Made by a program: the position numbers and the translations under genes | Part shown: positions 27,071 to 41,203 of the stretch, in pieces | How positions within the stretch are numbered: the first letter of the stretch is position 1 | Layout of the letters: each line of letters starts with the position of its first letter | NCBI GenBank assembly: GCA_964016885.1 | Contig: OZ024741.1 | Span: 176,886,001 to 176,950,000, forward strand | Direction of reading: 5' to 3' | Source of the DNA: Eledone cirrhosa | Lineage: Eukaryota | Length of the DNA: 64,000 nt | The notes under the pieces: model-generated | What the model saw: the letters and a program-made list of their open reading frames with translations, nothing else | Database searches by the model: none | Told to the model about the DNA's origin: nothing

Positions 27071-29064
27071 TCAACCCTCTCTGTATTTAACTTCCGGATA
27101 GCGGCTAGGCAGATGATAGATACTCAATGACTCCTAAAATATTTACTTGGATTTTAACAATCGAAAGACTCTGACAGCAACAAGTGGGGAGCAGGATTCA
27201 ATGCATTCCCATTGTCCAACCAGACTATAACTAAATTCCTCTTATGTCATCGCTTCTCCGATATTGCAGTTTTGTTAATGAACTGTTGCTCAAGAGGTGT
27301 ACAATTCCCTTTACTCCCAGGTACTCGCCTATCTATTGTAATGTTGTTGTTGTAACCGTGAGAATGTAGGCATTGGTTCAGACAGGCTGATTACATTTTA
27401 TACATTACATTTTGGTATGCAACAGGTTGGTAGCATTTTGCCAAGTATGTGTTTTTGTATTGTGAAACCAATATTGTTGCTATTATTGTCAACCACGAGT
27501 GCTTGCTGGTAGAAGTTGATGAGATTCATCCCATACAAGGTCAATTGTTTTACCTGTACCCTACAATCAAATCTCAGCCTGGTCCATTCTTGAATTTTTT
27601 TTTCTTATCACTGACTCAAGGGTGTCATCATTTTATGTTTTTATTGTAATAATATAATAATGTTTTTATTGAAATAATAGTTCGTTTGGGTCTCTTTCGT
27701 GCATACATCATCTAGATTGAAATTTTTATGTACTTCAGTTCAACATATATTATTTGAATGAAGCGTACTACGTGTTTCGCATATGACCAGATTGAATCCC
27801 TAATCGATTGTAACATATTTCCTCTGGGATAGATTTTTTCGTCAGACACATTGGAGATCATAATCAGAATATGTTCCTCTCTGATGAATATGTTTCTCTA
27901 TCTTGAGATGTAAAAATTCCAATTGTGATATCCACTAAATCTGAGGAGCAAATCGATTCGAAAATCTGAGTCGTTTTTAACTGATTAAGTCTGCGAACTG
28001 GTCATTTCTAAATAGTCATAACATTATCATGACATTTTCCTAAATACTATATTCTTTAAAGAATGATATCTTGCACCACTGAATTTCATTGTAGAAATGA
28101 TATGACAATTAAGTTGTTTCTGTATTGATCCCATTGCATGGTATATTAGGCATGTGTCTCTTAAAATAGCGTTATGAAGACCAAAGACATTTGATTAAAA
28201 CTAGTTTCATGGAAAATACGTAGAGGGCCGTTTGAAGACCCTTTCTTGGGTAGTAAACTTAAACTCTCATCCGTTTCATCACCACCGTCTAAAGTTTCAG
28301 TGATATGGGTGGCCCTGACTTTTAAAAAGCATCTTTCCAGAAATCACGGAAACTGTAAAATGTTAAATAGTCGCTTTTCTTCCTCTCCTATGTAAATAAT
28401 TAAGAATATACATACATCTATTTCAATAACATATTTCCTCCAATAAATGTTATTCTCTTCTATAATTACTATGAATCAAAGAGTATAATGTCACCAGATA
28501 AAAGGAAGTCTTGTATTTCCAGAAGTGTACAACAGCTATTGTTATACAACAATCATTTTTAGACGAACAATATTTTCACGAGGACATTGTTGGTAAACAT
28601 GTTTCAGCGTCAATGCTTAGTCACCTTCCTCATTATTTTCAGTTCCATTTCTACCAGTATTTATTTACATTTTGTTCGGTATTATTCGAATTTACTGGAG
28701 CACACATTTGACAATGCACAACGGCTGTAATTGATTTATGTAACTATCAAAAATAATTTCTATCAGATTATATAACATACACTATTTGTTTATTTCGAGT
28801 AATTTAATCTTTGTGTATTTTAGTATTGTTTTTTCCCAAGATCGCGTTAATTTCATTCATACTCTATTAACTTTAAAGGCTTTATAATGATTCAATAAAG
28901 AACGTCAATAATGATATATCCCACACAAAAGAACAGTTTAATCCTGTACAAGATATTATATTGAAACCTATTGTAAGGAAGTAAGGCCAAGTCCATCAAA
29001 ACAGGTAAGATTATGTAAGATAAAAATTCTTACAACTTTGCCGCCTGACCAAAGAAAGGATTAA
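27071..29064 (-). mobile_element. Highly decayed piggyBac-like transposon
   Basis: Minus-strand remnants in piggyBac order: GRNGT..NIVR; DITIGIFTS (cf. NITxDNxFTS); YYNKN..DTL (cf. YNxTKGGVDTLD); TKM*CIKCNQPV (Cys-rich tail). Ends TCAACCCTCT and AAAGGATTAA resemble TTAA-CCCTT. Confidence 0.5.
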
Positions 29065-29089
29065 TTTTCAGTGAGGGGGATTACATATA

Positions 29090-29720
29090 TAATTGTTTCT
29101 ACTTTTGGCACAACGCCAGCAATTATCCCAGTGTATTACTGGTACTTTATTTTATCGATCCCGTAAGGATGAAAGGCAAAGTTAACCTCGGCGGGATTTG
29201 AACTCAGATCATAAAGGGAGGTAGCTCTATGCACCAAAGCATGGCGTCCGACCCTCTACCGATACTGCCAATCCACCGCCCTTATATCCACCGGATATTA
29301 CATATAAAATAATGGTTTCTTATATAGGCACAAGTCCAACAATTTTGGGGGAGAGGAAAGTCGATTAAATCGACCCCAGTGCGTGACTGGTACTTTATTT
29401 TATCGACCCCGTTAGGATGAAAGACAAGGTTAACCTCGGCGGGATTTGAAAGCAGATCTTAAAGGGCCGTAACTCAATGCTGCAAAGCATGGCGTACTAC
29501 TCTCTACCGATACTAATAATCCACTGCCACAGGTGCAGATATTTGGGTGCAGAGAAAAACGGATTATATCGAACTTGGTTTCTTATTTGTGTCCTATTTT
29601 ATCGACTCCGTAATGTGAAAGCCAAATTCGACCTCGGTAGAATTTGAGCATTGGGTGTCCAACACCAGAATACATGTTCTTCAGTTTTTATCTGGCTCTC
29701 TGATGACTTTGAAAATCGAC
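29090..29720 (-). mobile_element. Cluster of three family A SINEs of different ages
   Basis: Units at about 29090-29282, 29310-29530 and 29540-29720. Confidence 0.8.
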
Positions 29721-29744
29721 TACGCTCTGTAATACTAATAATCA

Positions 29745-30200
29745 TCTTCTTGTTTTCTTCTTCCCCCAGTTATTCCTGTAGATGTCGTAAAAGAAGGATC
29801 TACAATTCCCCAATTGGTCCGGCTGAAATCTCAAGCGAAACCAACCGAGCTCATGGATGTTATCCAACGTTCCTGTTCGAGGTCTACCGCAGGCCTCCAG
29901 CTGGTTAACTTTGCCCGTAACTTCTGTCTATTGATTCTTCCCTTAGACATTCTAGCCTAGTATTAGTGCAATGCTATCTAGATTCAGAGATAGTACCTCT
30001 ATGGTTTCCGAACTATGAATCTATCGACTAACGTGGCTCCCAAAACACTTCAGGCCTACGGGACTGGAATATGCAGTTGATATATTACTATTCAACTAGT
30101 CGGAAGGGATCTCCTACATGCACTGTGTAGGTATATTGCCGAGGTTTGCACGACAGCAATGACAATCAGTGTTGCAAACACTAACGCAGGCGTCCTTTAA
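29745..30200 (-). mobile_element. RTE-type LINE 3' fragment
   Basis: Minus strand shows a GRPRT..W-like motif and a (GAA)-rich tail; heavily decayed. Confidence 0.45.
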
Positions 30201-30519
30201 ATAAAAAAAACTAGGTCTAGCGCTTTGCATGTTGTGAATGTAATTCCATTAAAGCCGGTAGAGAAGTTCAATCATCTCGATGGCACTTTCACTAATAACG
30301 GGAGACAGGGGTGTAAATAAATGCAAGAATTGCAAACTCTGTTACAGTAATGCACCAGATTCAGCATTCGGTCATCAGAGGAAAGGAAGTAGGTGTAAAA
30401 ACTTACTGATCATCTTCAATTCAGTGTCGTGTCTACAGGTACGTATGTTTAAGAATCTATGTTAATGTCAGAAATTAAGTGATCACGAATGCAAGTGGCC
30501 GAAATGGAGCAATGCAAGT

Positions 30520-30740
30520 AATAATTTCTTATATTGGCCCAAGGTTAGCAAATTTAGAGAAAGGGCAAAATTGATTAAATCAAGCTTATTACTTGACTGG
30601 TACTTCATTTTATTGTCTGCGGAAGGATGAAAGGCATAGCTGACATGGGCATGATGTCAACCCAGAACGTATATCACCGGAAGCAATACTGTTAAGCATA
30701 TGTCCGACTCTGTAACGACTCTGTTAATCCACCACCAACT
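30520..30740 (-). mobile_element. SINE family A, old
   Basis: GACTGGTACTTCATTTT..GGAAGGATGAAAGGCA core. Confidence 0.7.
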
Positions 30741-31102
30741 TCAATACTAACAATTATTTCTTTATACTAATAATTCTAACAATAGAGTACACCCGCATAT
30801 ATATGATCACGAATGTATACAGATTTATATTTGATGTTAATATCAACTACAAGAACAAAAATAACCCTATGTCTGTAACAATTGTCTCGTAGGACTTGAA
30901 GATGAAATTTAACACGCATTTTTATTTACTGGATTCCATCGCTCAAAGCGGATGATATACAACATACAGCAGAGATAATAAACCAATCTGACGTAAGTAA
31001 GGTCCCTTGATGAATTTATACTTAACCCGTGATATCGTAAACAAGCATGCTGTAAAATCTAATCTTTTATAGAAAGAAACAGCGCATTGTTAGCTGCACT
31101 AG

Positions 31103-31310
31103 GAGGCGGTGAATTGGCATTATCGTTAGAATATATTGTGTTATTTGTTCCAGCTTTTTGCAGTTTAGCTAAAACATCCGCCGAGATCAGCTTTGCCTTC
31201 TACCCTTTCTACGCCAATAAAAATATATAAGTTCAGTATTGAGGTCGGTTCTTTCTCTATATCACTTCCTCAAATTCTCCCTCTCAATCTCGTGTCTCAT
31301 CTGGAAGAAA
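31103..31310 (+). mobile_element. SINE family A, old
   Basis: GGCGGTGAATTGGC head plus decayed core. Confidence 0.55.
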
Positions 31311-31611
31311 TTGACTGTGTTCCGACCTGGGGAATGTTGAACTCTGTCAGACTTTATAGAAATCTAAAGACACGCCGTGTGTTACTAAGACGTGCCTCCG
31401 AATCGATCGTACGCACCGTGGATATTGCCGTCTATTAAATAAATATACTTCGTGTCGTTTAGCAATTGAATTAACACTAATTTAGATACCTCCAACTGCT
31501 GATTTCAGTCATACATCCAAATTATTATAATTAGTATTGCTTTATGTTTATTCCAGCATGTCATCTTTGGAATCATGACGAATTCGTTTTTAAGACATAG
31601 TATAACTAAGA

Positions 31612-31885
31612 GTGAAGGCACATGGGATAATAGCTAGGAATTTCGACTCACTATCGTAAATTCCGATTCCTGGAGGCACGTTGCGTAGTTAAGCAAGACA
31701 CATTATTTCACGTTGCTCCATAATACTCAGCTGGCAAACATGAGTCTTACCTGTTATGGCACACTGAATCTCCGAGCGCTATGGTAAGGAGACACATTTA
31801 TGTTGAATTGCTCTGCAACTAGCACGTTAATTTGACAAGCAGGCTTTTCTGTTGTTTGATAAACTATGAAACACGTTGTCGAAAC
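31612..31885 (+). mobile_element. SINE family B
   Basis: GAAGGCACATGG head; AGCAAGACACATTATTTCACGTTGCTCC core. Confidence 0.75.
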
Positions 31886-32659
31886 AACATATTTAGAAAC
31901 ATTTTCAGGTTTCTGAGTTCGATTATTTAATATGTAACAACATATCTAGAAGCACCATATTTAATGTATCCGCTATTCTTTTTTTGACATTCTATCAAAC
32001 AGGTTGCCAAACTTTTCATTATTAAGGATCTATAATGAATCTTTATCCAGCAGTACTTATTCACGTCCCCGGTGTATATACCCCAAGAATTACTATCGAA
32101 TGAGAGAAATGTGTGTACTTACTGAAATATGGATATGAAATGCGATGTGCATATTCATTTGTAACGATGCATTATGGAAACCCACGATGGGAATAGCTTT
32201 ACTTAACTGTTAGTTGAAGATGATTTTGATTTAATCCTACAGATCGTGTGTCCTCGTAGACACTCCATTGGTTACATAACTTGTTAGTGTATTTCAGCAA
32301 ATTATTAAATTTTACAGTGTACATTTTACATTAGAAAAAGAGAAATGAAACGAGTCTTTTAATAATATAAACTAGGATATACGTGCATAATTTCAATAAG
32401 ATATTTAGTTTTCCCTGAAGTGCATCTACGTATAAAGCTGTGTGGCCGTCTGTTCTTTTGATAGGGACATTTACGTTTCAATTATCTACTACAAAAGCAC
32501 AATTTCAACGACAGTACATTCTCTATTATAATCGTTTAGCAATTTTGGTTTGTACATATAATAAAAGTGGAGCAATATAGAAAATATTATAATTATTTCA
32601 ATATCAATTGGGTCAGATTTCTTCAGTATTATTCCCAAAGGTATCAAAAACAATTAATT

Positions 32660-32790
32660 AATACGCACACGTTCAAATTTCATCTTGACAAATTTTTGCA
32701 AGCAGTTCCAGACAGGTCAACCACAACAATCCCCCTGCTTAAGGCACAATGCAAGACAATGAAATCACTTAAGAACATCATTCATTAATT
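32660..32790 (+). mobile_element. LINE (CR1/L2/Jockey group) extreme 3' fragment
   Basis: TFKFHLDKFLQAVPDR matches the FKxxLDKFLxxVPD terminal motif. Confidence 0.45.
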
Positions 32791-32894
32791 AGATAGAGCG
32801 ATTAAATTAGATGTAGCTTTGTCGACCGGCGGCTGAATCTTACCTGAAGTGTATACATTTAATCGGGCGAAAACACATAACACAAACACCCAAC

Positions 32895-32940
<46 letters not shown>

Positions 32941-33258
32941 GTATAAACATATATATATATAAACGCACTCATACGGATATATTAATAATTCCACTGAGAA
33001 GAATAAATACTGAAGCAGGAAAATTTAACATTTGCATACACGACAGTTTAAGTATATATATGTGTAGTATGAATGTTACTTTGTTTCAGTCATATGTGGT
33101 TTATGGAAATGTAGGTAAACTATTTCACACATAATATCGAAATAGGTTAGCAGACAATGGGCATTATTCATGCTGGTTTAAATATAAATGTTTAACAGAG
33201 AGAGGCAGATATTTTAACACACATACACACACACACAATAATCTGTATATATATATAA

Positions 33259-33306
<48 letters not shown>

Positions 33307-33331
33307 ATATATATATATATATATATATATA

Positions 33332-33377
<46 letters not shown>

Positions 33378-33801
33378 CATATATATGTGTGTGTGTGTAT
33401 ATATACAAAATCGTTTAACTTCAAAACAAATTTTTCTATACGAAGTTAATTAGAGGGAGTAAGAGATCAACATTGTAAAGCAATACTAACATTCGTGCCA
33501 TTCAGAAAAACATGTGACCAATTTCGAAAATTTATTTTTCATCTAAACAATGAAAATTAGCTAAATAAGTTGTCTTATTCAACAACTCAACTTCCCATCT
33601 GATCCAGTATTCATACAGACACATATCTCTAGCATAGGTATAGGAGTGTTTCAGCATACGGCTTTCTCTGACCCGAAACCGCATTAGAAGTTCTATCAGT
33701 GTATATATATATATATGACGAAGGAAGTGTGGTAAGGAACCAGGTGGACCATAACGCACCAGAGTACTCAATACTTAGGGTAGTAGAGTGGGATATAGGA
33801 A

Positions 33802-33908
33802 AATGTTCAAAAACCCGACGGCAGAGCTCAAGCCGTTTCGACGGCTATTTCTGGACAGAAATAGCCGTCGAAACGGCTTGAGCCCCTGCTGTCGGGGTCT
33901 TGAACATT
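33802..33908. repeat. GC-rich 107-bp palindrome with a 28-bp perfect core stem
   Basis: 33826-33853 is the exact reverse complement of 33856-33883. Confidence 0.92.
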
Positions 33909-33945
33909 CTCCTCCCCCTATACACACACACACACACACACACAA

Positions 33946-33976
<31 letters not shown>

Positions 33977-34153
33977 ATTATATATATATATATATATATA
34001 TATAATTATATATATATATATATAAATATATTTATATATATATATATATATATATATAATTATATATATATATATATATACATAATTATATATATATATA
34101 TATATATAAATGTATATTTATATATATATATATATAAATATATATATATAAAT

Positions 34154-34214
<61 letters not shown>

Positions 34215-34247
34215 AGTATAGATATATATATGTATTTATATATATAT

Positions 34248-34460
34248 GAAGGCGTGTGGCTGAGTGGTTAGAGAATCGGATTCGCAATCGTAAGGTTGTG
34301 AGTTCGATTCCTGGACCAGGCGATGCGTTATGTCCTTGAGCAAGACACTTTATTTCACGTTGCTCCTTCTATCTGGAGTTGCGACCGATAGATAGTATTA
34401 GCAATTGGAAAGACCAACGGAAACATTGTTCCACGGCCCGATTTGACGAAAGTCGATCGT
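34248..34460 (+). mobile_element. SINE family B (tRNA-derived), well preserved
   Basis: A-box TGGCTGAGTGG, B-box GAGTTCGATTCC, core GTGTCCTTGAGCAAGACAC-like. Confidence 0.9.
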
Positions 34461-34739
34461 TAAAGAGATATATATATATATATATATAAATACATATATA
34501 TATCTCTCTCTCTATATATATAAATACATATATATCTATCTATCTATCTATCTATCTATATATATATATAATATCGGAGAAAGCTTTTCAGCGATACTCC
34601 GGCCAATTTCCAACTCACTCAACAAACATTAGGAAATAAGTGATTATATTCCCAATTATGCGTTCAGGGTGCTAACTAAAAGTATTGCGTGGAAAATTGG
34701 CTGTATTATTTCTTATGAGACATATCAAATATATCACTT

Positions 34740-34866
34740 CCCAGACGGACGTCTCGTTTCATTATAGGATTCCTACAATTTGGGTTAAATTATACCAATT
34801 TATGTAGGAGCTTGTATACCATCAATAGATATATATTCAAGTGGGCTCCTATAATTCATCAGTGGG
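34740..34866 (-). ncRNA. Type I hammerhead with branched helix II insertion
   Basis: CCCA-CUGAUGA-AUUAUAGGA[~77 nt, two sub-hairpins]UCCUAUAAU-GAAA-CG(A)GACGUCCG-UC-UGGG. Confidence 0.8.
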
Positions 34867-35130
34867 TGCCCCAATAATACTAATATTGATAATCTAAACA
34901 ACATCAGTATTTAGCGATAATCATCATCTGTACCTGAGGCATCTGTCAGGTTGCCAGTCCAGCAGTTCTAAAGAAGTGCTCACACTGATTCAAAAATGAG
35001 GGAGTAAATTACCGCATGACAATGAACTCTAAAAGGAATTCAGGCCACGTGCTAAGCACTCAATAGGAAATTGAAAAAATATCTATGTGTGTACAACATT
35101 TAATGACACACAGATATTTTCTCGGGCAAA

Positions 35131-35161
<31 letters not shown>

Positions 35162-35169
35162 TATAGAGA

Positions 35170-37691
35170 GCGAGGTACAGCAGTTGAGGGTAATATCCGT
35201 AGTGGAAGAGCACGCAGTCCATGGGACTAGTTAGGTAGAAGTGCTTACACGACAGTTAGTTCACCATAACGAGAACAATTGTTTCATCTCAGCGGATCCC
35301 TAGTTCGTAAAGGACATGGTTATACGGAACAGGAAGGACAACCGTATGGACGGACGCGCATGCGCAGGAACGGTCACTTCACCCAGGCAATAAAAGAATT
35401 GCGTGTGAGGGGTGTCATCAACGTCAGAATGCATTTATACGAACTGGATTACTTCCTGAAGAATATTCCAACTCCACCCAACCATGTGTACCAAAAGCTT
35501 CTCCTACAAAAAGCGGAAGATGTCGTTAGACGCTTAAGATGGCGAGCCCTAGCTTTTGATGGCTCATTTAGAGGCACCAGTAACACCTTCAGCCTGAAAT
35601 TGAGAGCCTACTCTCCTAAGGTAACTGAACTTGCTCCTTTCGAGCCAGACCTTCTTGACTTAGTCGCTAACATTTCCTTTCGCAAACACCCTAACACCTT
35701 TCAAATGAAACTTAGAAATGATATTAAGAAATTTAGGTCTGCTAATAACACCTTCGTTCTTTCTGACAGAACCAATAATATTTACGATGTCGACAGCACT
35801 ACTTACAGCCACTTGGCCCCTAGCGCTAGTACTTCCAAATATAAGAAGGCTAACCCTATAGCCTACCACAACATATTATACAAAAGCCAAAGACCTTGCC
35901 GCCGCCCTAAGGTAGGTAAGAAGCTACAATCTTTAGCTAAGCGGGAGTCGTTTCTCACCCTGAAAGATCACAAGGTAGACTTTACTTCTAATCACACGTG
36001 TAAACTAATAAACCCGGCACGGACGGATATGGGACTACTCAGTAAGGCTATACTTATAAACATAGGTAAGACCATTAAGACCAAGTCCAACCTGTCCTAG
36101 TGAGTGAACAGCGACTCCGTAATTAAGTTGTTTAACACATTCAAATACAAAAAAAAGGCGAATTTGACGCAGTTTGACATTGTAGATTTTTACCCGTCGA
36201 TCTCAGAGACCCTGTTAAACAAATCGTTGGACTTTGCTATCACTTACACTACCGTCCATGTTTTAGACAGGGAAATCATCGCTCACTACCGGAAAACCCT
36301 CCTCTTCAACAACGGAGTAACCTGGGCAAAGAACTCAACCACTTCAGAACTATTATTCGACGTCTCCATGGGACTGTTTGACAGTGCTGTGACGCATGGG
36401 ACTTGGATGGCCTATTTATTTTAGACATATTACGTGTTAGATTCCCGGACGTCCACGCGGGGATATACCGCGACGATGGCTGACATTATCGATCCATAAA
36501 AGTGGTCACGATCTCGACTGGTTTAAAAAAGACTTAACTTCAACCATTAATGAGTTAGGACTTAGGATAACAGTAGCTACCAAGCTCTCTAGCGTAGAAT
36601 TTTTAGACATTAATTTAGACCTTCGCACACACACACCTACAGACCCATCCATAAGCTTAACGAAAAACTCATAAGGACTCATGCCACCCTCCCACTGTTT
36701 TTAGAAACTTAGTAAATAATATCAGTACTTGAATCTCTAACCTCTTCTCTAATAAGGCTATCTTTAACAGAGCGGCAACCTATTATAACACGGCGTTAGC
36801 TAACAGCGGCTTCTCGCAACCTATCACTTACACTCCCACTAGCAACAACAGCAATAAGAAAAGAAAGCGTAACAATAGATAAACTATCTGGTTCTCTCCT
36901 CCCTTCTCACTCAACGTTAAAACCAATGTAGGAAAAACATTTCTGGCCCTCTTAGATTGACACTTTCCCATAGCTCACAAATACCAATCCTTCTTTCACA
37001 AACACAAAGTAAAACTAGGATACTCCTGCGCTAAGAATATGAAGGCGCACATCACCAACAGCCCTAAGAGCAACGCCCCACTTGGGTGCTCTTGCCGAAA
37101 GCCTGAAGCTTGTCCCCTTCAACATCAATGCAACACACCCGCTGTAGTTTATGAAGCTGTGGTGACTTCCAACCGAACAAATCCACCACAGGAGGTCAAA
37201 TCGTACTAGTGTATGGCGGAGGTACGATTTAAGAACCGGTTCCTGAACCATCAGTCGAGCTTTAGGTACCCGGACAAACTATCATCCACGAAACACGCGA
37301 GCCACGTATGGTCCTTCAAAGACTCAAGTCTAGACTACTCCATTCAATGGAAATTCATCACTAAGTCAGATCCATACGCAAGGGTCAATCCGTCGTGCAC
37401 ACTATGTATTCTGAACGAATTAATATGGAAAAGAGATTACGGAATAGCGATTGCGTAAACTCTAGTCGAATTCTTCACACGTTGCCCACACGTCTGGAAA
37501 CAGCTCTTACATAACTACAAAGTTCCGGATTGAATTACAACATCCTAATTGTCTTATCAACTAGAAACTTTCGGAGTTTCGCAGTTATCTCCCTTACACC
37601 TCTCGCACGCAATTTGTTATTGCCTGGATGAAGTGAACGTTTCTGTGCATGCGCGTCCATACAGTTGTCCTTCCTGTCCTGTATAACCATG
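35170..37691 (+). mobile_element. Near full-length decayed Penelope-like retroelement (Neptune-like) with inverted pLTR
   Basis: Inverted repeat 35315-35415 vs 37596-37691. Decayed hammerhead on the minus strand at 35270-35314 (GAAA-CAAUUG-UU). Confidence 0.9.
35429..37530 (+). pseudogene. PLE reverse transcriptase / GIY-YIG polyprotein, disrupted
   Basis: DYFLKNIP, TLKDHK, KLINPA, QFDIVDFYPSI, FDVSMG, GIYRDDG, FLDINLDL, GYSC, VVYEA..FKNRFLNHQSSF, CTLC; multiple stops and frameshifts. Confidence 0.92.
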
Positions 37692-38289
37692 AGTAGAAAT
37701 ATATTTCTATGGTCTATATGTGTACGATTTTCTCATGTATATGTATATTAAGTGCAAGGCAGTCGTTTTTAGCCGATTTGTATAGGTTGCTAGACAGACA
37801 CCTTGATATGAAACGTAGTATTTCGATCCTTAATGTTTCGGTACGATTTGTCGGATATTTGTCTAATGTTTCTGGCTGGTCAAGGGACAAAAGATACGTA
37901 CCTCATTAACGGTTTCGTTTAGAGTCATATAAGTTGAATTCAAACCATATGCTGTCCCCTTCATTACTATTTTCAGAACTGGACGTGATATAGATTCAAT
38001 GAAACCATTGGCTGCCAAAATAACTAATCTGAGTCAGTTTTATCTCAACAAGTAAAATTGATATTCTCATAGTTCATGTAAAGTATGTATCACGTTCATA
38101 TCTACCATTTCTGTCTTGGGTTAAAAAATAACATGATAACAAACCAATTCAAGGTGTTTTGCAACGTATGTAAGCACTCTAGTTACAATCAAATTGAGAT
38201 GAAAAATTAACCAAAACATTTATGAGAAAGCAACATATTTCATGCAGTAAAAATGTGTTCCCTATATGCCTTTGCAATGTATGTAATAT

Positions 38290-39150
38290 GTTCTATATAG
38301 AAAGAGGAATATCCACACAGTATATACTTGCTTGAAACCGAGTGAAGCATGTTCAGCGCGGCAATATTTGCTTCAGCTGTTAAATGCTGCGGCCAAAAGA
38401 GTCTTGGAGTGGCACCGGATGGCAAGAAGTCCTCATGGTTCAATCAAGAGATCAAAGATGCCATCTGAGCAAATAAGGAGGCAAACAAAGCTGGGCTTGG
38501 AAATAAGTCCCCCTTCTTGCACTTATGATACACGCAGGCACTAATAATCACAGCAGAGACAGTAACGGATCTCCGCCTTACACTCGATAGATTTTGGGTT
38601 GAGTGCTGCATGGCTTAAATGGAAATCAGTGCTGCGAAAACTGAGAGACTCGTCCTCTCATTAAAGCCTGCTAAGTATACACTACATGTGAATGGAGTTT
38701 CATTGAAACATGTAGAGAAGTTAAAGTATAACGGGGCCGTGTTCACGAGTGAAATAAGGGAGGAGGCTGAATTAAGTGCAAGAATTACAGGAGATGTTAC
38801 AGTAATGCGCCAGCGTCAGTATTTAGTAATCATAAGAAGAGAGGTAGGCGTAAAAGTTAAATTTACTATCTACAATTTGGTTTTCGTGCCAACCCTTACA
38901 TGTGGTCTTGAATCTTGTCTAATGTCCGAAAGAATACTATCGCGAATACAAGCGGCGAGAATCGGGTGGCGAGGAGTACTTGGAGTAACGTTACTAGATA
39001 GTGTGCGTAGCTAGGAGATTAAAGAGTCACTCCATGTAGAGCTGCTACTTCTGCAAATTGAAGCTCTGATACTATTGGCATTGGATTAGAATTTCTCAGG
39101 AAATAATTGCTGGACAGATTTTACGGGTATATCCCGAAAAAGATGGTTCA
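38290..39150 (+). mobile_element. RTE-type LINE fragment (RT thumb and C-terminal region)
   Basis: MEISAAKTE..LKHVEKLKYNG..ARI..KFTIYNLVFVPTLTCGLES..RIQAA..GVTLLD.VRS. Confidence 0.8.
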
Positions 39151-39172
39151 AAAACAACCATGATCTTCGTTG

Positions 39173-39293
<121 letters not shown>

Positions 39294-39564
39294 TGTGTTT
39301 ATGTGTGTTTATGGCTGTGCCTGTCTGTGTTTATGTGCCTTTGTCTGATTGTGCGTGTGTGTGCGTGGCTTCCTTTGAGCGAATTTGTGATTTGGTGACT
39401 GTGCTTGCTATATACGTCATCATAATAGCAACATTTATTTATAAAATTATATTTTGAAAGGTGAACTATAACACCACAACTACTTGTAGAACCAAATGGC
39501 TATAACCCACTACTGCCAAAATGATATCTAAAGTTTAAATGAAAAGAACAAAAATCACTGGTCC

Positions 39565-39565
<1 letters not shown>

Positions 39566-39652
<87 letters not shown>
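39566..39652. repeat. (TTA)n microsatellite
   Basis: Visible directly. Confidence 0.97.
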
Positions 39653-39655
<3 letters not shown>

Positions 39656-40000
39656 ACTATATCGTATGTAACCGACTAAGTTGAAAGAAAGTGATATATG
39701 TATGGGTCTTAACCTACGAAGTTTGACAATTCTAGGACTAGGATGAAGATAAATCTATCACTAAATGTGTTAATACATAAATCATATAAAACAACTGGGA
39801 TTGCGAAAATCTCCAAAATATATGACAAGGTTACGAAGCAGATCAAGAATCAGGTGTTAGGGACGTGACACAGAAATCTTCGATATTTAATATTAAATAA
39901 TGATTAATAATAATATTTATTTAATTATATGTCTAGCGGCGTATACGCGTTTAGATTTGTATTTTTGTCTTTGAAATTATACATACATGCATACATACAT

Positions 40001-40115
<115 letters not shown>

Positions 40116-40130
40116 GTGTGTGTGTGTATA

Positions 40131-40192
<62 letters not shown>

Positions 40193-40319
40193 TGTATATA
40201 TAGTGTATTTTGCAATACACTGTATGCTTAATTAAAAGCATTTCGAAGACCTTACGCTATTGTTTTAGAGTAGTGACAGTCTCACTTACTTTAAATGTTC
40301 AGCAAACAAGGGGAGATAA

Positions 40320-40364
40320 AGCTGACAGAGCTCTGTTTCGTACTCTTTGGTACTTATCAAAGCT
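40320..40364 (-). ncRNA. Type I hammerhead, inverted copy
   Basis: AGCU-UUGAUAA-GUAC(CAAAGA)GUAC-GAAA-CAGAGCUCUG-UC-AGCU. Confidence 0.88.
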
Positions 40365-40617
40365 AAGTACTCCACATGTCTGCTGAAAATCATGAATGTT
40401 TGATTCTTAACGAATTTTATTAATAATCAGGAACTGATTATACAGAGCGGTTGCAGGTCAAGCAGAAATTGATATATGTATCGTTATTTCAGAGCACCAA
40501 TTCTAATTTTCAATTTCTGCTCGAACTGCAATCGCTCTGTATAATCAGTTCCTGATTATTACTAGAACTCTATAAGAATCAAACATTCATGATTTTCAGC
40601 AGACAGGTGGTGTACTT

Positions 40618-40662
40618 AGCTTTGATAAGTACCAAAACGTACGAAACAGAGCTCTGTCAGCT
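40618..40662 (+). ncRNA. Type I hammerhead (U3-A8 variant, GUC site)
   Basis: AGCU-UUGAUAA-GUAC(CAAAAC)GUAC-GAAA-CAGAGCUCUG-UC-AGCU; helix III is a 10-nt palindrome. Confidence 0.9.
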
Positions 40663-40823
40663 TTATCTCCCCTTGCTTGCTGAACATTTAAAGTAAGTGA
40701 GACTTTCACTAGTCTAAAACAATAGCGTAAGGTCTTCGAAATGCTTTTAATTAAGCATACAGTGTATTGCAAAATACACTATATATACATTCATATATAT
40801 ATATCGCTATTTCACAGCACCAA

Positions 40824-41203
<380 letters not shown>

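Noticed and set aside
34248-34325. tRNA gene
   Set aside because: The A and B boxes run straight into a SINE core; this is a SINE head with no clean cloverleaf or terminator.
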